A stretch of DNA of 64,000 bases from Takakia lepidozioides (lineage: Eukaryota > Plantae > Bryophyta). The stretch is from the NCBI GenBank assembly GCA_030704615.1, contig CM060734.1, forward strand, positions 23,312,001-23,376,000. The letters are read 5' to 3'. The position numbers and the translations under genes were made by a program. The notes beneath the pieces are model-generated. The model ran no database searches. It saw nothing but the letters and a program-made list of their open reading frames with translations, and was not told the DNA's origin. Positions 1 through 9,635 of this stretch are shown here, one piece after another; position 1 is the stretch's first letter, and the number at the start of each line of letters is the position of its first letter.

Positions 1-3000
1 TTTGTATCGCATAATCCTCAGCCATGTCGAAATTCCCCTCCACAGAACCAGTAGTATCCGAATCATCTTCCCCCTGTTGGCCGTACTGTTTCCTGTCCTT
101 CGGTGGCTTTGCAGGAATCCTGACTGGCATACAGTGTATGCCCACCATGTCTGGAAGCTTATACTGTAAGACTTGTGTCAACCTCTTGTGGGCAAGATTA
201 GTGTATGCCCGCAGCTCATCTTTTGTATAGCTGAGTGGTGTGCCAATGACTTTGGAGAAGTGTAGCCACTTCCTGGCTTCATGCCCCTTGGGAAAAATGT
301 GGTCAAGACCCAAGTTCTCCTTGGCTAAGTTCTCCAGAGCAAAAATAAACCAAGAACGGAGTTGGGGGTCCTTCTGAAGCATGATCCTTACATCATACAT
401 ATATGTATGTGGTGGAACAGAAGGTAACGTCCAATGCTCCCCAGTGGAATAAGTTTGAAATCTCATCTGCACCTTCTGCTGCTCAATGTGATAGCGTGAA
501 ATAAAACAAGCAGCATAATATAGTCCACAACCCATGACCAAACTAAGTACCTCTTTGGTCTTGGTGTAAATGAATCCATGAACAATCTGGAAGGCAATTA
601 ATTCCTTCAGCATGGTTCCCGCTTCAGACCAGTACCGCGCAAAATGGTGATCTTCAATGGGTTTGTCAGTTGGAAGAACTTTAGTCCGAGTTTCCACTGG
701 CAACCAAATGCGCATAATCTGGTAATAGTGTGTCAAAGACTCTGGAGGACTGAATTCTTTCCAAGCCAAATCCATAACAATGGGGATTTGGTTGAAGGGT
801 AGAATCATAGCCCGATTGTATTCAAGTGCAGCAGGAGTAGTAGGTGGGTTAAAAGAAGCATCACCCCAAACCTCAGACAGTGATTGCTGCAGTGCCATGG
901 TATCAACACTGTCAACCTAGTGTGGTTGTTGTGATATTGTTGCCACAGTCCTCCTGATGTTGGCAAGTCCTGCACTTCCTGTGCTGAAGATTGAAAATCA
1001 AAGTCCTTGCCTGCAAATAAGTAGCCATGAGTTGTTCCTCAGGAACAAAGGCCCTTTTGTCAATGTTGGAGCTCAAGTCATCCACTTGAGTCTGCAGCCC
1101 TTCTACATCCTCCTGTAACTCAGCTATCTGACCATAGACATTGTCTATAGTGGTTGTGGCAGTGTTCTGCACTCGTAGCCTGAGATCATTCATCTCGTCT
1201 TGGGTGAGCTTTCTTGGTGCTTTCCCTTCCACTGGCCCTTGTGTTAACCACTCTTGCAAAAGATGATTATCCACTAAGTCCTGTGTAACACCACGGAGAT
1301 CCTGCTCCTCCTTGAGCCGATATGCTTCCAACTGCTGTTGTAAACTCTCCATGCGCTTTGCATGAGGCTCAACCAAAGCTGCACAGGCAGCTGACAGATT
1401 ATTGGCTTCTTTCCAGGCCCTTTCACTCACAGAAAGTTCATTCTCCCGTACTGTGATTGTTTGCTGCAATTCAAAGATGTACATGTCCTTCTGGGCATCG
1501 ACCTGGTGGAACTGCTGAATGGTATCCTCATTGCAACAGATAGTAGCCTTCATGTCAGCAATGAGTTTTCCCTGCTCCATTGACTCTATCTCCGCCGTTA
1601 TACATCTCTCAACTTGGTTCTTGACTTCCAGTGCAATCATCTCCAGATTAGTCGTTAGTGTGACACACTGTATGATCATTTTCTGATGGACTGCTTCCAA
1701 TTCTGTATGAAGCAACTTCACTTCATGCAACTTACCCTCATGCTGAATCTATATCTGATATAGCTGTTCCGCACTTCATGTAACTTCTCCTGCTCAAGAC
1801 CTGCTTCAATTAAATTTTCCTTCGCAAGCTGTAGGGCAGCTTTAGTGTCCTCCAACTCTTTCTACAACTTGAGGTTGGCCTCCACATCCACCCTATTTGC
1901 ACACTCAGTGGCAATTCTTTCCTCAAGCTCTTGCTTGAGCTCCTCCCGCAATGCTGCCAATTGAGTGGAAGGAACATGAGTCTTGACATAGGTGCCCAAC
2001 ATATTGAGAGTCCTGCTTATGGAACTCATGAGCATGGCCTGCTGTGGGTCTTCATGGAAAATTTGCTGTTGTTCTTCCTGATTCTCTATAGTTTGATGTT
2101 TCACAAACCAATCAGACCATGATCCCACAAGATCTTCTTCCTGAGCAACCTCATCTTCCACAAGTGCTGCAGTACCTTTGCCCTTTACCCCTTCAACCTC
2201 CGCCACAGGTTTGGGCATAACCTGCACAGCAGGGATTTCCTTGGGCAGACTCTGCATCTTTGGTACCATGGGGTCTCCGACCATGCCAGAGTTTTCATAG
2301 AGAAGGTCGCCCTTCTCAATTTCTGCCACTACTTGCTCTGTAGTGGGGATGTCCAATCCCTCTCTCTCCACAGTAAGAGGTTCTAGTGTAACAGCAACTC
2401 CAGTCTGAGTTACCACTGGGGCAACTTGGTCAGCTTGCTGTGCTGGCCGTGGTACTGAAGTGACTTCTATCTCCCTCTCTAATGGCCGTGCTTCCAGTAA
2501 TAACAACCCATTGTGCTGCTGCACCCCATCTTGTGCAGGAGCTATGGAAACATCATCGTGAGGGTTCCTTGTGGTCAGTGGATCCACCATTACAGTTGCG
2601 TCCCTCTTCTGTCTCTTGGACTGGTGCTACCTCTCTAATCCTCTTTCACTTTGTGAAGAGCCTTGCTCCTCAACTGCAGTTGTGGCTGCCTCAAACACCC
2701 CCATTACTTTGCGTTCTTGTGCATCAAGCAAGCAAGAATCAAAGATGATCTGTGCAATAATTGGGCCAGACACAATAATTGGAGACTTGGTAGTAGTATT
2801 TTGTAATCGTTTCATCTCCTCCACCAGACCACTGTGCATCATCTCTGCCCAAGCTGCATCCTCTCCTCTCAATGCTTTCAGAACCTCCTTCGTAAAAGAT
2901 CTGCTAAGATACTGTTGGTTCTGTTTCATGGCAAACAAAATGTTTAGTATCTGGCCAATTTCCCTCAACCCTGGATACTCGGCTTTGGTGCAAGTGAATC

Positions 3001-3290
3001 CCTGGTTCCTGAAGAAACTCGTTTCTTGGAAAAGATCCCCTACTTGCAATCTTGTCCTCGTCCACGCTCACATTACCAGATGGTAATTCAAAAAGCTGTT
3101 GCAAGTACTACGGAGTAACTTGTATATCTACACCCTTCACCTGGGTAACTCCCGTCTTTGGCTCAAAGTTCTTGATGAACTGGATCATCAATTCCCGATG
3201 ATGCAAAGACCACTCTTTGTGCAACACTCCCTCCAACCGCAATTCCTTCAGCAGCTGCACTGCCTGCGGTGTGGCGATTGTTTGCCTCTA
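1..3290 (-). pseudogene. Disrupted long extra ORF of the gypsy element: N-terminal region resembling Athila/Tat-type 3' ORFs, then coiled-coil, then an unknown C-terminal domain
   Basis: Manual translation near 3090-3290 gives LLKELRLEGVLHKEWSLHHRELMIQFIKNFEPKTGVTQVKGVDIQVT, similar in pattern to ORF 63053-63517. ORFs 912-1730 and 1862-2590 are heptad/E-Q-rich. Stops and frameshifts separate the pieces. Confidence 0.5.
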
Positions 3291-3860
3291 TAAGATTGTC
3301 ATGCTCTTCACTCGTAGATCCTCCATCTCTCTAATTCGCTTCATCCCGGACAAACAAAAAGGCCTTGTTTGGAATAATTGCAGGAAAACTTGTAATGCGT
3401 ATAGCATGAAAGTGTGATTAGTACAGAATGGAACAGACAAGTGGGTGTAAGCCTGCGGGGCTTGCAAATAGTGAGTGAGAGAAAAAGTACTTTCGACCTG
3501 TCTTTCCTTGCACCACTGCATAAGAAGTAGAGCTAGTGTATAGTCCGTGATATCCGCCATAGCTTCAAAGCTATAGCTTTGATTGCCCCTCCTGTCGAGA
3601 CATTGGTTATCCGGAATAACGCCTATTCTTCCGTTCATAATCTTCTTAGTTTCTTGTTCTTGTTTCTTGAATGGAGTCTCTTGCACAAAATTCACATTAC
3701 TGATTGGCCATTGCCTCATTAGGTAACTTCTCATTTTTACCCTAATCTGTTCACATTCCATCTTGGAATGACCACTAGGACTGCATATGTGGCAAAGGTT
3801 CCCCTTTGCCGGACGCGTTAAGTGTTCCATTACCTGTCCTCTTGATGCATTAATGGGCAC
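3288..3860 (-). CDS. CCHC zinc-knuckle-containing ORF within the retroelement
   Basis: Motif CHICSPSGHSKMEC (C-x2-C-x4-H-x4-C). Confidence 0.5.
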   Translation of the reverse strand: MPINASRGQVMEHLTRPAKGNLCHICSPSGHSKMECEQIRVKMRSYLMRQWPISNVNFVQETPFKKQEQETKKIMNGRIGVIPDNQCLDRRGNQSYSFEAMADITDYTLALLLMQWCKERQVESTFSLTHYLQAPQAYTHLSVPFCTNHTFMLYALQVFLQLFQTRPFCLSGMKRIREMEDLRVKSMTIL

Positions 3861-4164
3861 ATAATAAGTTTCGGCTGACGTACCGGGTAGGTACTTTGAC
3901 GGACCTATTTGTCTCTTTGTGCACGATGGCGCCCGTTATTGCAGTACATGCAATGCGGAGTGCTTTGCCCCTTAGGCCATGTATTTGAATTCAAACACTC
4001 TCATGTTTCCCTCTGTCCGCGTGACACATTCTCCGAGTTTGACTTCCAAACTGTCTTTACACTTACCGGCCACTTAACTGACGTTAACTCGTGTCTATCT
4101 GTCACTGCCCCTATGGACTGTGCGACCTGTGTGGGTTGTGTTGCCTGTGTTGGGCTCTGACAAG

Positions 4165-4280
4165 TTGTGGTAAGCTGTGATATGCTGTAATAGGCTGTGG
4201 TGGGCTGTGATATGCTGTGTTAGACTGTGGTGGGCTGTGGTATGCTGTGTTAGACTGTGGTGGGTTGTGATGGCTGTGTG
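4165..4280. repeat. Tandem minisatellite, 10-bp subunit with 30-bp higher-order period
   Basis: About 4 iterations of tgggctgtga-tatgctgtgt-tagactgtgg and variants. Confidence 0.85.
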
Positions 4281-4808
4281 AACACCTGTGTTCTGTGCTA
4301 TGGCCATACACATTCGGCTTTATGACAAGTGCTTCAAGCTCCGCTGGTGCTACCGGTGTAGTTTGTGACTGCATCTGTGTTTCAAATGCAAATCATGCTG
4401 CAATGGTCTATCATGGATACCACTGTATCCCTTCAACTTATTGGCATTGACTCTACCAAGCATCTCTTTGTTAATGGTTTGTAACATAGCTGTGTTGTTA
4501 TCATACATCTTATGTATGACATAAGCTCTTTTCCATGGTGATTTAAGCTTAAAAGCTTTAATCTTTCCTTTCTTCTGCAACCACAGTACCAAATCACCTG
4601 TCTTAAAAGTCTTCAATTTACCTTCATCAAACTGATCCTCCTCTTCATCTGAATTCTGGTCATGTTATCTGCTGCATTAGCACGTACTTCTTCCACATGA
4701 TATAGTTCATGTTTCCTTACTTTAATTGAATCATCCAATTCCATTCTCCTTCCCCATTCAGTTCTCATGGTAGGTAATAAGAATTCTACTGGAAGTAAAG
4801 CTTTCATA

Positions 4809-5337
4809 TGTCGTGCGCATACGCATCGCTACACAACTACATCGCTGTCCAAACCACACCACACATATATGCACAATAAAGTAGTCTGCCACAATGATAT
4901 GAAAACTAAACTCACACTGTCTTTGTTGACACAAAACACGAAATACAATACAATCACTCGTTAAAATAAGAGTTGAGCCAGGGGCACCCCAAGCTATGGG
5001 GAGTCCACCCCACAACATCCTACTCTCCCTCCATAAGTACACTTAGATGCTAAGCAGCAAGGGAGCTTGGTCGTGCATGCTCAACTCGAGAGAGATGAGC
5101 CACACGACTGACGAGCTCGTGAAGATAAGATGGTTCAGGTGTCAAGCTAAACTTGACACCTGACTTAACACTTGAACTAATTCCAAGTGTTAAATACAAA
5201 TAACTAGATTTATTCTAGTTAGTTTCACACTGTGTTTATTTAACTTGACAGCTGTCGTGCGCATACGTATCACTACACAACTACATCGCTATTCAAACCA
5301 CACCACACATATATGCACAATAAAGTAGTCTGCCACA
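4809..5337 (-). repeat. Probable 3' LTR of the methyltransferase-bearing gypsy element, with 85-bp direct repeats at both ends
   Basis: TG...CA termini. On the minus strand a purine tract (AGGGGGAC, ~5341-5348) sits just before TGTGGCAG at 5337. Segments 4809-4893 and 5253-5337 are near-identical. The unit interrupts the integrase of the older element at 4808. Confidence 0.65.
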
Positions 5338-5594
5338 ATTGTCCCCCTAGCTGGTGGTTAGGTCCCTCTAACTCCAGATAGCTACAAGATGTAATAGCCA
5401 CAACCGTACTAAGTCCTCTATCACTGTCCCTATTATACTCAAACTCTATAGACCAAGAGGCCGGGTACAAGAGCAACCCCATCGTTAGTCGCCGTCTTGC
5501 AATCTGTGAACTTGAGTCAGGATCTCGTGTGTTGGTCTCCTAGTAGCTTGGCCTTGCATTTCTTGTTAGTCTTCCATGGTTGTATCCACTCCCA

Positions 5595-5897
5595 CTATCC
5601 AATGCAATGCGGACATAACCAATCCCCATCAAGAACCATCTCAAAAGGTGGAATCAAGCATCCCATATGCCAACCTCTAGAGCATTGATCACACACCAGC
5701 ATGGTGGCTGCCCCTCTAGCAGACCCACACAACATGCACCTCAAACTTGCAGGTACCACTGCCAGGTTTGGGTCAACCCTTCCATCAACATTTGGAAGAT
5801 GACATGGTGCGCAATTACGCACCTGGTCCTTCCAAATCATGCCATCCTGACCCTCCAAGCTTAGGACTCCTGAGAGCAACACCTCTCGAACCCTCAA
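5595..5897 (-). pseudogene. Integrase C-terminal extension with PHD finger
   Basis: CMLCGSARGAATMLVCDQCSRGWHMGCLIPPFEMVLDGDWLCPHC is a C4-H-C3 PHD with the conserved W before the last CxxC. Confidence 0.9.
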
Positions 5898-6002
5898 AAT
5901 AGTACGTCATGCAGTCACATCCAAGGTCGTAAGAGTAGTCTGCGAGAAGGAGGCAAGTGATGCTTGCTTACTGAACCTGTAGCCCATGGCTAACCAAAGT
6001 AA

Positions 6003-6660
6003 CTAAAGGTCCCAATCTCCTAGGTGTCCCTTCTGCAAGCCATACTTGCGCAAACCCCACTTCACTGTCTGAACAACCCTCTCTGCCAAGCCATCGGCCT
6101 CAGGATGATCCCGAGAAGTGGTGCGGTGGTCTACCAAGGCCTTGTCACACAACGCCTGAAACTCCCCCAAGAACTCTCTCCCTTGGTCCGTGAGCACCTC
6201 AGCTGGAGCACCGAATCGGCTAAGTACACAATCCAAGAATGTATACGCAGCTCCCTCACTAGCCATATCAGGCAATGGAACCAACTCGATCCACTTGGAG
6301 AAGTGCTCCACCATCACTAACACGTACTTGTTGTGGCGCATGGTCAATGGCAACGGCCCTGCAAAGTCAAGACTCCACCTGTAGCCCAATCATATGATCG
6401 AAAGAGGGTGCAATTGTGGAGTAGGGGCATTGAATGAAGCACACACCCTGTCACACACCATGCACCTAGCCACAAATTGTTGCACCTTTGTGTACATACC
6501 ACGCCACCAATACTGCCCCCGCAGTAGACTATGAGTGCGTTGCACCCCAAAATGCCCCAACTCCTCATGGGCATGCCGTACTAACCGTGCCCGCTAGGTT
6601 GGGTGAGGCATAATCCTCACTCGACCATCTTCCCACACTCGGAGCACGTGTGTCCCTTCC
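6003..6660 (-). pseudogene. Retroviral-type integrase (H2C2 zinc-binding domain and rve core)
   Basis: In-frame HAHEELGHFG...YWWRGM...CMVC, followed by WSLDFAGPLP, VLTDQGREF and ADGLAERVVQTVK (D-D-E triad). Confidence 0.92.
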
Positions 6661-6950
6661 TACTTGAACCTCTTGGCTCGTTGTAGGATCCGATCCCTCT
6701 CCTTGGCAGTCACAGTGGCTGTCGTGCCCCCAGTGCGGAGATAGTCCAACACAGCTGAATCCTCATGTATATCTTTGGCGCCACCTTGCTCATTGTTGGC
6801 CTCAGGGTCCTCAGACACTCTGTTTATAGTCATCCCTGTTGTAGGTCCAACCTGGCCTTCCGCTACCAAGATACACAGAAATGCAGATGCATGCCATCCG
6901 GGCACCATCTCCTCGTCCGTCTCACCATGCAACCGAGCTCTAGTGTCATC

Positions 6951-8336
6951 CTACTGGCTCGTGCATGGATTGCGACTCAACCCATCCGCATCCCGATTGA
7001 CCAAACCCGGTCGATGCACAACCTGAAAGTCATACTCTTGAAGTATGAGTGCCCACCGTGCAAGCTTCCCCGTAAGCTTGTCTGACTCCATCAACCACTT
7101 GTATGGCTGGTGATCCGTGACAAGGGTGAAGAGATTGCCATATAGATAGCACCTGAAGTGTGCCACGGCCCACACTGCAGCTAAACACTCTCCCTCATAT
7201 GAGCTATACTTAGCCTCTGCAGCGTTGTTCGAGCGACTGGCATAAGCCACTACGAACTCTCTTTCCTCATCATCCACCTGTGTGAGCACCGCTCCAAGCC
7301 CCAGCATGCTCCAATCTGTATGCAGCTGAAAAGGACGCCCCCTGATAGGTCGTCTCAAGATGGGCGCCGAGGTCAACCTCGCCTTGAGCTCTTGGAAAGC
7401 TTGTTCTTGCTCATCTTCCCACTGCCACTCCTGATTCACCTTGGTCAGCTTGGTTAGAGCCTTTGCAATGGCACTAAATCCCTTGACAAACCGTCTATAA
7501 TAGTTTGTCAACCCCATGAAAGCTCGAACTCGGCTCACATCCGTGGGGCGTGGAATCTGTGTAATGGCCTCTACCTTAGTCTGCTGTACCCCCAATCCTC
7601 CAGGATATATCATGTGACCCAGATACTCAATCTGGTTATGGAAAAACTTGCACTTCCCCGGATGTAACTTCAATCTGCGCGTCCTCAAGCGCTCAAATAC
7701 CACCTGAAGATGTCTCTCATCCTCCTCCACCGTAGCACTAAAGATGATGATGTCATCTATGTAGCACCAAGCAAACTCCACCCCTACTAGAATCCTGTTC
7801 ATGACTCTCTGAAACTCTACAGGAGCGTTCTTAAGCCCAAATGGTAAGAACCGCCACTGGTATAGGCAATCATTTCCGTGCTCATTGATCCCCCATAATG
7901 TCGTCTTTTGCTTATCCGCCTCCTTGATCGGCAACTGGTGATATCCGGATCGTAAATCCAAAGTGCTAAAGACCTTGGCATGCCCAATGGCATCAAAGAT
8001 CTCCTCTGGTGTTGGCATGGCATACCTATCGGACTTGGTCTGACGATTTACAGGTCGGTAATCACCGCACATACGTCTCTCCGTCCAATTGCCATAGACA
8101 TCATTCTTGGCTGGCATCACTGTGGCTGAAGCATACTCTCCACCAGATAGCTCCACCAAACCAGCTTCCCAGAGGTCCTGAGTCCTCATCTGAATCAGGG
8201 ACCTCTCCATGTCACTGTATCTATAGGGTCTCTGAAAGATTGGCGTGTCAGTGGCCAATTCAATGCGAATCTCTTGACCCTTCAGTGCTCCCAAGTCCTT
8301 CAAACTGAAGGCAAAGCAGTTCCTGTAAGCCCTCAA
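6951..8336 (-). CDS. Ty3/gypsy reverse transcriptase and RNase H (segment of a disrupted polyprotein)
   Basis: RMCGDYRPVN, LDLRSGYHQ, LPFGLKNAP and YIDD for RT. LHTDWS, YSSYEGECLA, TDHQP and NRDADGLSR for RNase H. Confidence 0.96.
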   Translation of the reverse strand: MRAYRNCFAFSLKDLGALKGQEIRIELATDTPIFQRPYRYSDMERSLIQMRTQDLWEAGLVELSGGEYASATVMPAKNDVYGNWTERRMCGDYRPVNRQTKSDRYAMPTPEEIFDAIGHAKVFSTLDLRSGYHQLPIKEADKQKTTLWGINEHGNDCLYQWRFLPFGLKNAPVEFQRVMNRILVGVEFAWCYIDDIIIFSATVEEDERHLQVVFERLRTRRLKLHPGKCKFFHNQIEYLGHMIYPGGLGVQQTKVEAITQIPRPTDVSRVRAFMGLTNYYRRFVKGFSAIAKALTKLTKVNQEWQWEDEQEQAFQELKARLTSAPILRRPIRGRPFQLHTDWSMLGLGAVLTQVDDEEREFVVAYASRSNNAAEAKYSSYEGECLAAVWAVAHFRCYLYGNLFTLVTDHQPYKWLMESDKLTGKLARWALILQEYDFQVVHRPGLVNRDADGLSRNPCTSQ

Positions 8337-8639
8337 GAACCGCCGTATACGTCGTCTCTCTCCTCCAGTGACTATGGGTCCAACATCAGGCTCCCAGTTG
8401 TCCTCCGTGACTGCAACCTTGAGTCCAGCAGGCTTAGAGATAGAAGACGCGTCCCGTGGTTGCTATGCTGCAACCTCTTGAGCAGTGACCACTACCTGGT
8501 TTGTCAGTGATAATGTCTCATCCTGCCCCATCATCCCATCCTTAAGGACCTCCTCAACCCGAGAAAAATCCCCAACCTCATCCATCACCGCCGCCTTGGC
8601 TGCCAACTCCTTCTGAACCTTGAGCACCTCCCACGTGTG

Positions 8640-9635
8640 CTATGGATGCGGCCTGCACCTCGTGGTCCTCACCTGTTCGCCCCCACTCGCTGCCTGTACC
8701 GTCTCGGTAGGCAAAGAGACTATCAAGGGAAGTGTACTGCATACTCTGCGCTGCTCAGCCATAGCCAAGCTGATAATCCAGGTCAAGCAATTGAGATCCA
8801 TGGCTTGCCCCAACATCTGACGATGTGATGCCTCAGAAAGAGATGGCACCGCCGTGGTACCAGTGATAAAACCCATTGCCCACTCGCGCTCATCAGCATT
8901 GGGCTCCACTAACTGCTGCAACTGGCTATCCCACAAGAGGCCAGGTCCACCATCCCGGAAAGCATGAGATCCTGGAAAACTGAGCAGTGTAGGCAATGCT
9001 GCTCGTGGGTGACCCACCTTATTGACCACTGCCAAAGGTGATCAGTCATCGTGTCTCACACGCTGAGACTGCCTCCCTATGTCCAAAATGCTATTCACTG
9101 TCAGGTTTGGTGGCCGCTGCACCCCATCAAATGCACGCTTGAGCAATGCAGGTGGCATCAAGTTGGTCCACCATAGTCGTGGGTGATGAGCCCGTGACCC
9201 CACTGCAGCTGCATCCAACAACACTGCTGACCCAAGCCAAGACCGCACTTGATGTACAATGGCCATCACCTTGGCCCGAGAATCACCCATCGATGGCACG
9301 TTCTCCAAGATATATGCCGGAGAGTCTGTCTGCTGAAGCTGTAAATAGCGCATGACCCTCAACATCTCCCAAAACATGCGTGACCTTGAGTCTTGTAACC
9401 CATTGCCATACCCAGCTGATGAAAGCCCTTGGCAGGGCCAACCTACCACTACTAAGTGAATAGGGCCAACCCGCTCCAAATCATGCGCCCCCAGCAAGGA
9501 GATGTCTACTGGCAAGGCTTGTTGGTATCCACGAACTGCAGACACTGGCAACAAATCAGGGTACTACTGCACCAACTGAGCAACATGGCGCAGTGAGACG
9601 CGTCGTGCAGTCTCATCCCTCTCCACATATAAACA
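8640..9635 (-). pseudogene. DNA (cytosine-5)-methyltransferase domain, DNMT3-like, N-terminally truncated
   Basis: YVERDETARRV (motif II region), GPIHLVVVGWPCQGLS (motif IV, catalytic PC), YILENV (VI), SRAHHPRLWWTNL (VIII), EREWAMGF (IX), RQMLGQAMD (X). Motif I (FxGxG) is lost at the junction ~9635. In-frame stops at ~9564 and ~9042. Confidence 0.88.

Larger units (their letters stand above)
1..4808 (-). mobile_element. Decayed Ty3/gypsy-type element, 3' part: integrase C-terminus followed by large extra 3' ORF region; runs off the window's left edge
   Basis: ORFs 4613-4807 and 4350-4616 read as an integrase C-terminus (KALLPVEFLLPT...FKTGDLVLW...KLKSPWKRAYVIHKMYDNNT). Long minus-strand coding pieces follow at 3288-3860, 2627-3290, 1862-2590, 912-1730 and <900. 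Confidence 0.7.
4809..9635 (-). mobile_element. 5'-truncated Ty3/gypsy LTR retrotransposon encoding C5-MTase-RT-RNaseH-integrase-PHD polyprotein
   Basis: ORFs starting at 9554, 9035, 8336, 6932, 6389 and 5897 share one frame and are separated only by in-frame stops. Gypsy domain order RT-RH-INT. PPT and LTR lie downstream. Confidence 0.9.
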
